A stretch of DNA of 64,000 bases, taken from positions 32,001-96,000 of IMG/VR virus record IMGVR_UViG_3300026549_000039. One strand, given 5' to 3'. The translations under genes were made by a program, and so were the position numbers. Positions 31,176 to 39,861 of the stretch are shown here, one piece after another; position 1 is the first letter of the stretch; each line of letters opens with the position of its first letter. The notes beneath the pieces were generated by a model. That model made no database searches. It was not told where the DNA came from and saw nothing but the letters and a program-made list of their open reading frames with translations. This DNA is from a virus (taxonomy: Duplodnaviria; Caudoviricetes).

Positions 31176-33007
31176 TGCACTTTTCATTCACCAGGGAGAG
31201 ACACCTTCTTCACCCACTAGGTACCCCTGATGATAACTATGTTATGGCAGCAGCAAAGATGCCTTGTTCATCTTTGCTGCTGGTCACTGACTCCCATCTC
31301 CACCGTATGTACCTGTACGACATGCGCAATCCGAACCTTGAAGTGCAGGACGAGAGGGAAGGTTATCACAGGAACGACCTGTCAATATCCAGCATACAGC
31401 TTCGTGATGAAATAGATGGCGAAGCTGTATGTGCTGATCTCTGCGTAGATGATGCGGGCTATAACATCTACGCCCTTATGCTTAGCACAAACAATGGTGG
31501 AGCTTGGATCAAGGTATACAGGCACATCAACAGGAAGCTGTATGACCTTAATTTGAGATACAGGCTAACTGAGAACAGGACACCTCTGACAGTTGTTAGA
31601 GATAAATGTTCTGACCTGGACCTGATAGGCCCCACCACACACATAGGCGAACCGTTCAGATACAATGACCTATGCTATGGAGCAGGCATAACGATTCTAA
31701 ATGGATATCTCTATGTACTTACAAGGCGTAGGGTACAAGCCGAATTTGTAACACGCGCTAGATATAATATGATTGGTCATGATCAGACCGTTACCTTAAC
31801 CCAAGAGGAAGCTGAAGGGCAACAGGGTGAAGAGAAGTATCGTGGATCCAGCAAACTTTATAAGCTCAGGCTGTATGAAAAGAGAACAGCAGAGTTACAA
31901 TTCAGCCTACTAACAAAGATGACGGCAGACTCTGGAGAGGTGATGGGTAATTACTACCTGTCTTATCCTGGTACAACAGATAATTTTAGTAAGGATGCTG
32001 TATTCCACGGACTATCCCATGTAGATGGTATGCTGTTAGCCGGTATAAGATGGGACCATGCGCTGGTCCCATCTGACCTAGGACTGTGGCATCTGGATGA
32101 AGCTAAATACCACTGTGCTCTGAAAAAAGAACTCGAATGGATTGTTGAGTGGGGTGAACCTGATGAAAATGGCAAAAAGAAACTGAAGAAAGGCCAAACC
32201 AAAGGCCAGGTAGCGGGCTTCATAAACCATCCATCAGGAGATTTAGGCGAGGACACAAAAGGTATATCTGTAAGTTCTGGGGCATGGCTGAGTCAAGACA
32301 GGGTAAAATGCACAAAAATGGTCAACGATCTCATACGGCGCGTAAACAGCATTGATCTATCTTCACTGAGACAGTCCACACCCATACTACAAACCCGAGG
32401 TCAAACCGCTCTGGTTTCTATCAAAGAACCAGACTCCTATAATATGAAGGATATACCTATAGGTCTGCCATTGTTAGAATATAAGGTCGAGAATAACCAT
32501 TACCCGTATGGGGTAGCAATGCCATACTCCCTAACTACAGACGGGTCTATGAGAACCATGTATGGGGTATTTGGTAATCAGCTGTGGATATTTGATGTAC
32601 TGGACTACACCCTAATAGTAAGGCACCCTGTCCTGGATGAATCAGGACAGGTGGATCACTATGACTACTTTGAGGGCGACATTATCGACATGGCTGATAT
32701 ACTAGAAGCAAATCGTTCCGAGCTTCAATGTTTCATAAGGAACGATTCTGAGTTTGATATGCTGGATGTTCACCTTATAATAGAGGTGGACAGGCACGAC
32801 GATAACAGCAGGACACATGATGTGTTCTTGTCACACACGCAAGGCGCAACAGGAACAAAAGACCTAGCTGTTGGAGACATAGTGCCCGGAGGGTCAAAGG
32901 AGTTCTGGATCGAAGTACACCCACTATATGTGCAAGTGTGGGAGAGGGGCTCAACTTTTTCGCTGCCCCTTCGTATCCAGTACACCACAGACTCAGACCT
33001 ATACTAA
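31172..33007 (+). CDS. Beta-propeller plus C-terminal Ig-like tail protein
   Basis: Blade-like LLLVTDSHLHRMYLYD and ADLCVDDAGYNIYAL; C-terminal CFIRNDS...DVHL...FLS...VGDIVPGGSKEFWIEV. Confidence 0.55.
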   Translation: MMHFSFTRERHLLHPLGTPDDNYVMAAAKMPCSSLLLVTDSHLHRMYLYDMRNPNLEVQDEREGYHRNDLSISSIQLRDEIDGEAVCADLCVDDAGYNIYALMLSTNNGGAWIKVYRHINRKLYDLNLRYRLTENRTPLTVVRDKCSDLDLIGPTTHIGEPFRYNDLCYGAGITILNGYLYVLTRRRVQAEFVTRARYNMIGHDQTVTLTQEEAEGQQGEEKYRGSSKLYKLRLYEKRTAELQFSLLTKMTADSGEVMGNYYLSYPGTTDNFSKDAVFHGLSHVDGMLLAGIRWDHALVPSDLGLWHLDEAKYHCALKKELEWIVEWGEPDENGKKKLKKGQTKGQVAGFINHPSGDLGEDTKGISVSSGAWLSQDRVKCTKMVNDLIRRVNSIDLSSLRQSTPILQTRGQTALVSIKEPDSYNMKDIPIGLPLLEYKVENNHYPYGVAMPYSLTTDGSMRTMYGVFGNQLWIFDVLDYTLIVRHPVLDESGQVDHYDYFEGDIIDMADILEANRSELQCFIRNDSEFDMLDVHLIIEVDRHDDNSRTHDVFLSHTQGATGTKDLAVGDIVPGGSKEFWIEVHPLYVQVWERGSTFSLPLRIQYTTDSDLY

Positions 33008-33022
33008 GCTGATGTAGGAAAG

Positions 33023-34099
33023 GTGGTTTTGTTAATGGCTGATGAAGTCACTGTATTTAAGCGATTAAAGTGGGCTCGGCGTGCGTCTGGTCAAGATCCT
33101 ATCTTGGCTCTTGGCGAAGTCATGATCGACCATACAGCCAAGGAGATGCGGATTGGGGATGGTATAAAGAAGTTCTCTGAACTGACAGACATTGTTCCTT
33201 TGGATGTAACACAATTTGGTCTTGAAGCGACCGGAACTTTGGGAGGATTAAAAGATGATGTTAAAAATGGTCCTGCTTATGTTTCTAATAAGTATCCCCT
33301 GGGCACTCAGATCGTAGTTGATTGGAAGTCCTCAGACGGCACAGTATATCAGTGCCCCTGGGACATTGTGAATTATCAGACGGTGACTCTTGAAGGTGGC
33401 ACAACCAGCAATGCCATGATTATACAGTGCCACTACGCATTACCTGTAAGTGGAATAGTATTTGATGCACCCGAGCCTACTAATACTAATACCACCAGAA
33501 ATACCGGTGGTAATAACAGGTATCTGCACTCCGCTGTGAGACAATGGTTGAACAGTGATGCTGATGCTGGCGAATGGTGGACTGCACAGCACTCGACTGA
33601 CGCTGCACCAGCCTATGCTGCTACAGAACCTGGGTTCTTAGCTGGGTTCTCCGCTGAATTTGTAGAGCTTCTTTCTCCTGTTAGGGTTAAGACCGCTACC
33701 GCAGACTTAGATAACAACGTGGTAGACACTACCTACGACAGGGTATGGCTACCATCCAAAGAAGAGCTATATAGTGTGGTGGACACCACAAACAGTAGTG
33801 TGTCTATTGATAATGTAGAGGGTCCCTACTGGGAGTATTGGAAAACACGGATGGGTACTAACAGCCCTGCTATAGATAATGACTCTAGCAATATTACAAA
33901 CAGGGTCACCTATGTGATCAGTGACCATTCCTCTGCACATGTCATATGGTTACGATCTGCCTATCGCAGCAACCCCGACCGAGCATGGTGCATACGTTCC
34001 GACGGAACCCTTAATTATGCAACAGTCAGTAACAATGTCAGTGGTATTCTAACCACACCAGCTGCGGCTATACTACTAGGTGACGATCCCACACCCTAA
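33023..34099 (+). CDS. Tail fibre / receptor-binding protein (Mtd N-terminal-like domain plus DUF6273), paralog 1; start likely ATG 33035
   Basis: DPILALGEVMID...MRIGDG..KFSEL (Mtd_N-like); FDAPEP...GNNRY..SAVRQWLNS, DRVWLPSKEE, WLRSA (DUF6273-like). Confidence 0.75.
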   Translation: MVLLMADEVTVFKRLKWARRASGQDPILALGEVMIDHTAKEMRIGDGIKKFSELTDIVPLDVTQFGLEATGTLGGLKDDVKNGPAYVSNKYPLGTQIVVDWKSSDGTVYQCPWDIVNYQTVTLEGGTTSNAMIIQCHYALPVSGIVFDAPEPTNTNTTRNTGGNNRYLHSAVRQWLNSDADAGEWWTAQHSTDAAPAYAATEPGFLAGFSAEFVELLSPVRVKTATADLDNNVVDTTYDRVWLPSKEELYSVVDTTNSSVSIDNVEGPYWEYWKTRMGTNSPAIDNDSSNITNRVTYVISDHSSAHVIWLRSAYRSNPDRAWCIRSDGTLNYATVSNNVSGILTTPAAAILLGDDPTP

Positions 34100-34126
34100 A
34101 TCTAGTTAGAAAGAGGTGATATAACA

Positions 34127-35203
34127 ATGGCTGATCCTGTGGTTATTCACAGAAGGCTGCTTATAGCAGAACGCGCTGCTAATACCAACCCTACCCTCCT
34201 TGATGGTGAGTTAATGATGGATCGCAGCATTGAAGGAGGACATTACCTGAAGGTTGGGAAACCAGGTGATGCTACAACATTTGATTCAAGCAACACTATG
34301 GTTTACTCAAATCCTGAAAAATACCGTCCAGCAACTGAGAGTACTACAACTGAGGATACTACATTTACCGATATCAAGGCGGCTATTGCTGGTGGTACAG
34401 CCTCCACGCTGTACCCCATTGGAGACCAGGTGGTTGTAACCTACACGGATCCTGTAGACAATAACGAGTATGAGCTTCCTTGGGACATAGTGTCGTATAG
34501 GACTGTGTACACGCAGGATAATGTAGCGCACCAGGCTATGATTCTACAGGCCCACTACGCTATACCCACTACCACCATCCAGTTCGATGCACCTGAGCCA
34601 TCCAACTCTGACGACTCTGACCGCAAGAACTACGGTAGCAACCGGTGGAGAGACTCTGCGATCAGACAGTGGTTGAACAGCAGTGCAGCAGCCGGATCGT
34701 GGTGGACAGCACAGACTAACACCGATGCAGCTCCAACTAGACCTACAGGTTGGGTAGACTGGCCCGGTTTCCTGAAGTGTTTGCCAGAAAGTCTGGCATC
34801 TTTCCTCCAGCCTGTAAAAGTACAGACTGCAACTGCCAACGTAGACTCCAGCGTAGTAGACACCACTTACGATAAGGTATGGTTACCATCCAAAGAGGAG
34901 CTGTATTCGGTAGTGGATACTACCAACACCAGTGTGAGCATCAGTGGCGTAGAGGGGCCGTACTGGGAGTACTGGAAAACACGCATGGGTACCGACAGCC
35001 CGGCGGCGGATAACAATAGCAGCACAAACTCAAAACGTATCACCTACCACATAGGGGACCCCACCAGTACCAGCCGTGTGTGGCTCCGTTCAGCTTGCCG
35101 TTCCTACCCTTGCATTGTGTGGTTTCTGGACATCAATGGCGTTCTCAACTACAACTACACTAGCAACATTTATCGGGCCGCGCCCGCTTGTGCCATCTTC
35201 TAA
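34127..35203 (+). CDS. Tail fibre / receptor-binding protein (Mtd_N-like plus DUF6273), paralog 2; probable DGR target
   Basis: Same architecture; C-terminus WLRSACRSYPCIVWFLDINGVLNYNYTSNIYRAAPACAIF has the codon pattern of a DGR variable repeat. Confidence 0.8.
   Translation: MADPVVIHRRLLIAERAANTNPTLLDGELMMDRSIEGGHYLKVGKPGDATTFDSSNTMVYSNPEKYRPATESTTTEDTTFTDIKAAIAGGTASTLYPIGDQVVVTYTDPVDNNEYELPWDIVSYRTVYTQDNVAHQAMILQAHYAIPTTTIQFDAPEPSNSDDSDRKNYGSNRWRDSAIRQWLNSSAAAGSWWTAQTNTDAAPTRPTGWVDWPGFLKCLPESLASFLQPVKVQTATANVDSSVVDTTYDKVWLPSKEELYSVVDTTNTSVSISGVEGPYWEYWKTRMGTDSPAADNNSSTNSKRITYHIGDPTSTSRVWLRSACRSYPCIVWFLDINGVLNYNYTSNIYRAAPACAIF
35081..35203 (+). other. Putative DGR variable repeat with a 14-nt G/C tract and IMH-like 3' end
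   Basis: 26 of 31 codons at 35081-35173 end in C/T and only one ends in A; CGGGCCGCGCCCGC at 35174-35187. Confidence 0.7.
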
Positions 35204-35269
35204 TCTCTTCATTTGGGTTGATGAATCGGTAGCAGGTAAAAACATACGGGTAATGATATACTAGGTAAA

Positions 35270-35323
35270 GACAAGCTGCTAGATTGCTGCCAAAGCTGGT
35301 AGATCATATCTAAGCAGCTTGTC
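35270..35323. repeat. 11-bp perfect inverted repeat in the non-coding gap after the VR-bearing gene
   Basis: GACAAGCTGCT (35270-35280) and AGCAGCTTGTC (35313-35323). Confidence 0.85.
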
Positions 35324-35368
35324 AAGGCAGTGGGTAGAACCTACACCAAAATAGTGGAGGGATATTAG

Positions 35369-35548
35369 ATGTCTGATGTACGAATACGTCACCTCAATAC
35401 CAGCATTCAGGAAGCTGTTGCTCAAGAGTCTATGAAGGCTAGAGTTGCAAAGCTGGAGGCCAGTCTGGACTATTTGGCTATGATGTCCGACATCGATCTT
35501 GCTTCGGACAGCGAGATGGAAGGCGAGGGGGCTGAGCCTAATGGCTAA
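35369..35548 (+). CDS. Small phage tail-associated protein, 59 aa (typical XkdX partner)
   Basis: Below the ORF-track cutoff. SD GGAGG; MSDVRIRHLN...LEASLDYLAMMSDIDL...; overlaps the xkdX start. Confidence 0.7.
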   Translation: MSDVRIRHLNTSIQEAVAQESMKARVAKLEASLDYLAMMSDIDLASDSEMEGEGAEPNG

Positions 35549-35702
35549 GAAGAAAACCGCAGAGAGCGTAAAGTTTCAGTCTGTAAAATACTATTATGAC
35601 AACCATCTGTGGTCAAAGCGGCAGGTTAAGAATGCTGTTGCCAAAGCCAGGATTACCGAAGCCGAGTACGAGCAGATCACAGGCGAGACCTATACTGCTT
35701 AA
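35541..35702 (+). CDS. XkdX family protein
   Basis: KFQSVKYYYDNHLWSKRQVKNAV...ITEAEYEQITGETY. Confidence 0.85.
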   Translation: MAKKKTAESVKFQSVKYYYDNHLWSKRQVKNAVAKARITEAEYEQITGETYTA

Positions 35703-35717
35703 GGACGGTGAAGACTA

Positions 35718-36521
35718 ATGGCTGAACCAGGCATGAGAGATATTTACTTTTTCGACATGCGCACAAAGGAGTTCCTCAGAGCTGACCAGGCTTCAGTATC
35801 AGAATCTGGGGGTATCATGGTACCAGCTAACACTACATTAACTCCTCCTCCCAGTATGGAAGACATGCCGCCAAACACAACCTACATTTGGGATGTTAAG
35901 GGTAATGAGTGGCAACTGACGCATGATTACAGAAATGTACCTGTATATAACATCAATACTAAGGAGCGCCTGTCTCTCAAACTTGGAGAATTTCCTGATC
36001 CTGCTATAACTACACTTGTAGAACCGGCAGATCCACGTATGGAATGGGATGAATCCATTAGAAACTGGAGGTTCCCTCTGGAGGTCCTAAAGGAAATCAA
36101 GAATGCAGAGCTGAAACAGGCATACCTTGACGCTGAAAATGGACCATTCCACACTGGAGTTAAAGGTACTGCTGTTAAGAAGGGCGAAATGGAAGACACC
36201 GAAGAAATTGAGATCGTAATTCGATCCAACCTCACTAGCAGGGACCATATCCAGCTCCTTCTTGAGACACCTGCTGTCAAAAAGGAAGGAAGTGAAAAAG
36301 CTGACGACCTTGTTGTGCTACGTGACTTTGATAACAGATACATACAGATTACAAGGGAACAGCTTGCGGAAGTATTGAAAGCCCAAAAGGCTGCTGCTAT
36401 TGGTTATCTACATAGGAAGTGGATGCTCCAGGAGAGAGTAAACGATGCTCAGACAAGGGAAGAAGTAGAGGCCATAACCTGGGATTCTGACTGGAGTGAC
36501 GTTGATTCCAAAGGAGAGTGA
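35718..36521 (+). CDS. Tail fibre assembly chaperone (lambda Tfa-like N-terminus plus DUF4376-like C-terminus)
   Basis: YFFD..TKEFL...PANTTLTPPP...WQLTHDYRN.PVY; C-terminal VLRDFDN...AQTREEVEAITW. Confidence 0.75.
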   Translation: MAEPGMRDIYFFDMRTKEFLRADQASVSESGGIMVPANTTLTPPPSMEDMPPNTTYIWDVKGNEWQLTHDYRNVPVYNINTKERLSLKLGEFPDPAITTLVEPADPRMEWDESIRNWRFPLEVLKEIKNAELKQAYLDAENGPFHTGVKGTAVKKGEMEDTEEIEIVIRSNLTSRDHIQLLLETPAVKKEGSEKADDLVVLRDFDNRYIQITREQLAEVLKAQKAAAIGYLHRKWMLQERVNDAQTREEVEAITWDSDWSDVDSKGE

Positions 36522-36526
36522 ATTGA

Positions 36527-36721
36527 ATGGCAATAGGAAGACGAGTCAAAGGCAAATCAAGTAAAAAGCGTGACGAGAAAAGCCAGAGTCTGTCTTCTGG
36601 GCGGTCTGCAAAGAACCTTTCCGTTAAGGGAAACGACGCCACAATTCACCAGCGTAAGAACACTCAAAAGAAGTACTACCAGGCCAAGCGCAGAAGTAAC
36701 AGGGACCTGAAAGAGAAGTGA
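36527..36721 (+). CDS. Small, very basic (K/R-rich) protein
   Basis: SD AAGGAG; 64 aa dominated by Lys/Arg/Ser. Confidence 0.6.
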   Translation: MAIGRRVKGKSSKKRDEKSQSLSSGRSAKNLSVKGNDATIHQRKNTQKKYYQAKRRSNRDLKEK

Positions 36722-36727
36722 CGTAGG

Positions 36728-37108
36728 ATGGCTAAAGTTTTTGATCCAGGAACCACACCAAGATCTGGGCATCACGGGTTCCCAATACCAGAAGTACTTA
36801 GAGATCTGTTCAATAAAATATTCAGGAAGGAACAGAGCTTCTACACCAGGACAGAAGAACCTGCCTTAATGATACCTGAGTTCAGAACTTACTCATACCG
36901 AAACGTTCCTGTTAAACTGCTGTCCAGGATCATATTCGTCTATGATGATCCCATTATGCCTACAGAAGTGTACACCATACACAGAACAGGCGATGAAGGA
37001 CAGCTCCTTAAGGTAACAAAGGTTCTAACCAACAAGACGTTGGTACAGCTTGGTATTACAGAACCGCCAAATGATGATAAACTATCTCCAGATGCTACAA
37101 ACGTTTAA
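36728..37108 (+). CDS. Hypothetical protein, last gene of the rightward structural operon
   Basis: ORF followed immediately by a terminator hairpin. Confidence 0.6.
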   Translation: MAKVFDPGTTPRSGHHGFPIPEVLRDLFNKIFRKEQSFYTRTEEPALMIPEFRTYSYRNVPVKLLSRIIFVYDDPIMPTEVYTIHRTGDEGQLLKVTKVLTNKTLVQLGITEPPNDDKLSPDATNV

Positions 37109-37116
37109 CACAAATA

Positions 37117-37138
37117 AGGCCGGGCGTTTGCCCGGCCT
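37117..37138. terminator. Intrinsic terminator between convergent operons
   Basis: AGGCCGGGC-gttt-GCCCGGCCT, a 9-bp GC stem. Confidence 0.75.
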
Positions 37139-37147
37139 CACTGTTTT

Positions 37148-37219
37148 CTACTCCCAATGCTTGCTTAGCCACCAACCATATACCACGCCAATTACAAAGA
37201 TACCAAACTCGCGCCACAT
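37148..37219 (-). CDS. Small hydrophobic peptide, 23 aa (MWREFGIFVIGVVYGWWLSKHWE)
   Basis: Fills the gap between 37227 and the terminator; single TM-like segment; GGTGA SD-like element upstream. Confidence 0.4.
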   Translation of the reverse strand: MWREFGIFVIGVVYGWWLSKHWE

Positions 37220-37226
37220 GGTCACA

Positions 37227-37754
37227 TCACCAGAAGAACTCAGCAAACCTTGGATCAAAAGTTGGCTGAATACCATACTCGCTCTTTTCAGTTTTGTAAC
37301 GCACAGTATTAAACTGAATCTGGATGTACTCCTGTTTATCATAGTCTTTGGTTTGCCGCCACCACACACCAGACCAGTATTGAAAAATAGCCAACGAGAG
37401 TCCACTAGATATAGTAGTTGCAGTAATATTATAAATTATTTCATCACGCAACAGCGAAGCGTCAATGTGTGTCCTGTTCCCAACCATCCTGTAGCCAAGT
37501 GTCGGGGTAGTACCATACCTAGGTATATCAATGTTGTACAGTGTCAGATTCGTAGATGGATCCCTGCGTCTAGCCAGAGTATCCGAATCAAAGTTAGCAT
37601 ATGACAGCCTTCCAGTCTTTGAGAAAGCAGATAGTGTACCCTCTAGGTACTGAAACAGGTTGTCAGGAGAGTCATTTGGATCTGTCTCAAGAGCCATATC
37701 AGACAGTATAGCTACCCCAGTAAGGTACGTTCCTAGCCTGGCCATGCTCCTCAC
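37227..37754 (-). CDS. Hypothetical protein
   Basis: ORF coupled to the upstream gene. Confidence 0.6.
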   Translation of the reverse strand: MRSMARLGTYLTGVAILSDMALETDPNDSPDNLFQYLEGTLSAFSKTGRLSYANFDSDTLARRRDPSTNLTLYNIDIPRYGTTPTLGYRMVGNRTHIDASLLRDEIIYNITATTISSGLSLAIFQYWSGVWWRQTKDYDKQEYIQIQFNTVRYKTEKSEYGIQPTFDPRFAEFFW

Positions 37755-38452
37755 CCCACATGATCACTCATGGTGATTATAGCTAGATTTCTTTCTTCAC
37801 CCAGCGCTGTATTCCTTAGCACAACATTCTCACGTACCAGCACCAGACCAGCCTCTTCCAAGAACTCAACCTTGTCCCATATTGGCTGATACTGTTCCGT
37901 CTTCGCTGGAACAAACGCAGTATGACCTGAAGGATCGGCTATGTCATCATTGTACTTATCCTTAATGTAGGTACGCAAGTCTGCAAACGCTGGATCATTA
38001 CCATACTTCAATCGGATCTGATTCAAATAAGACAGCCACAAATAATGAGGGATATGCTCCAGGACACCTTCATCCAAATCAGCAATCAGCTTTGGAATAT
38101 ACTTGTCACCCAAGCTGGTTGCCCTTTGAACCATTGGACCAAGGTTCTTCATTAGAACATTCTTTACCAGAGGTGGTAGAATCATCTTCGGTAGCGTTGG
38201 TACCTTGCGTTCTAGCTTCGCTACTAATGGGGCTAGTTTAGGACTTGTGTAGTCCTTCCTAAACATACGCTGCCTAGTATCTCGAAGGGCTTCCTGTATC
38301 TCTGAAATATACTCTGATACATCGTTCAGTGTAGGATCTCGGTCTGCATCATCAGAGTCCACTTCGTAGCTGGAAGTTTCAGCATCATCAGTAGGCCAAT
38401 TTATATCAGTCTTAGGGTTGCCCTTCCTCTTGTACTTGTCAAACCAACTCAC
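37751..38452 (-). CDS. Hypothetical protein
   Basis: 233-aa ORF with 4-bp overlaps on both sides. Confidence 0.65.
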   Translation of the reverse strand: MSWFDKYKRKGNPKTDINWPTDDAETSSYEVDSDDADRDPTLNDVSEYISEIQEALRDTRQRMFRKDYTSPKLAPLVAKLERKVPTLPKMILPPLVKNVLMKNLGPMVQRATSLGDKYIPKLIADLDEGVLEHIPHYLWLSYLNQIRLKYGNDPAFADLRTYIKDKYNDDIADPSGHTAFVPAKTEQYQPIWDKVEFLEEAGLVLVRENVVLRNTALGEERNLAIITMSDHVG

Positions 38453-39558
38453 TCATGTTCACCTCCAGCTTCATTTACAGTTTGAACAATGCTGTTAAAC
38501 TCATCCATAATACCTTTAAACAGCTCTGGGTTTGACTCATAGTAAGCACTACTTGTGCCCTTAATATAAGTCTCTAGCATCTGCTGTGGAGCTGTGCTCT
38601 CCTTCATCAACGAAGCCTTTTTTAGATCATTAAAAAACGTCCGCTCTGACTTTGGTAGTATGGATATAACACTACACTCATCCAACCGCTCCCTATAGAC
38701 TTCCCTAACAGCAGCCCTGATCTCAGCCAGCTGATTCGATCTCGCCTTGCCCTCTACAGACACCGACACATGGTAATACGTATTAGGTGCTGGAGATGGC
38801 AAACGCTTCACAAGATCATCAGCTAAGGACTTCCCAGCCTGAACATCAACACTCAGCCTGTTAAGATAGAACTGATCCTTGAACGATATCAGCTGGAAAT
38901 CAGAAGGATCTTCGACAGTCCAGCAGCCAAACTTGCGCTCAATCATGGGATCCGAGTACCTAGTCTGGTAAGGAGCACCTAGCAGGTAGATATTCTTATC
39001 CTGAACAATAAGTGGTGTATGGACGTGACCAATAAGAGCAAGCTCCTTACCATACAACTCAGCATCCGTAACAGCGTCTGGCTTCTCACCATAAAGCCTA
39101 TTACCATACAGTGGAGCCCTGTCATAGCCCTGGTGTAGAAACACCTGTGGATGAGACCTGATCGTATGCTTAGTCTTTGGGTCCAAGGACCTCCTGTATG
39201 GAACAAACAGGAGGTCCATGAACTCTGTAGGTTCATTGAATACAAGAATATTTTGGCTTGCTGCTATGTCATCCAGATAGTCCACAGCCGTACTGTCATT
39301 GTAACCATCAATATCATGGTTGCCCGGTATGATCAATACATGCTTTACATATCTAGCTAAAGCTGAAAACCACTGAGCCGCATACTCGATTATGTTGGCT
39401 GTTGGCTTCTTAGTATTGAACACATCGCCTAGACAAATCACAACATCAGGCTGTATCTCGCCCACAATTTGTGTAAGGAAGCTATTTAGGGCGTCAACCA
39501 TGCGCTCATGAAACATAGGGATCCCCAAATGGGGATCCGTAAAGGCAACAGCAATCAT
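38449..39558 (-). CDS. sbcD: SbcD/Mre11-like metallophosphoesterase nuclease
   Basis: Motifs TDPHLG, LGDVF, GNHD, FLHQ, GHVH; SbcC partner at 55828. Confidence 0.85.
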   Translation of the reverse strand: MIAVAFTDPHLGIPMFHERMVDALNSFLTQIVGEIQPDVVICLGDVFNTKKPTANIIEYAAQWFSALARYVKHVLIIPGNHDIDGYNDSTAVDYLDDIAASQNILVFNEPTEFMDLLFVPYRRSLDPKTKHTIRSHPQVFLHQGYDRAPLYGNRLYGEKPDAVTDAELYGKELALIGHVHTPLIVQDKNIYLLGAPYQTRYSDPMIERKFGCWTVEDPSDFQLISFKDQFYLNRLSVDVQAGKSLADDLVKRLPSPAPNTYYHVSVSVEGKARSNQLAEIRAAVREVYRERLDECSVISILPKSERTFFNDLKKASLMKESTAPQQMLETYIKGTSSAYYESNPELFKGIMDEFNSIVQTVNEAGGEHE

Positions 39559-39566
39559 TTGACAAT

Positions 39567-39860
39567 CTACCTGTTCTGGGCGCTAGGCTCGTAAGGAACT
39601 ATGTGCATCCGATCCATGATGCTTAGATCTGGGTTCTCACTAACAGCGGCAAGCCCCTCAAGCACCATAGCCCTAGCAATGTAGGAATCAGACCTATCAT
39701 TCGCCTTAGCCATAACCGACATCCAATTCCGCACACTATGAGGTATGCGAACATGGATCCAGTCCTCACCATTCTTAACACGTCTGCCTACATGTTTAGG
39801 CTTAACCTCAGTCTTAAATCCAACCTCATCCGCTACCCTTTCCATCTCATCAGGCATCAT
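39567..39860 (-). CDS. Ribbon-helix-helix (Arc/CopG-like) DNA-binding protein
   Basis: IHVRIPHSVRNWMSVMAKANDRSDSYIARAMVLEGL matches the RHH pattern; start reassigned to ATG 39860 after GGAGG. Confidence 0.6.
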   Translation of the reverse strand: MMPDEMERVADEVGFKTEVKPKHVGRRVKNGEDWIHVRIPHSVRNWMSVMAKANDRSDSYIARAMVLEGLAAVSENPDLSIMDRMHIVPYEPSAQNR

Positions 39861-39861
39861 A

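Noticed and set aside
33947-34099. C-terminus of fibre paralog 1 as the TR or a second VR
   Set aside because: It differs from the VR at many non-adenine positions, has many A-ending codons, lacks the G/C tract and is longer.
1-37108. Interpretation as an extracellular contractile injection system or T6SS locus rather than a phage tail
   Set aside because: It is contiguous with phage replication, nucleotide-metabolism, XkdX and Tfa genes; no T6SS membrane complex or eCIS ATPase was seen. Sheath and capsid genes are not in the window, so the tail type is undetermined.
37050-37604. 184-aa plus-strand ORF, and other long antisense ORFs such as 48916..49647 and 57597..58475
   Set aside because: Shadow ORFs opposite better-supported genes; they lack SDs, and 37050..37604 crosses a terminator.
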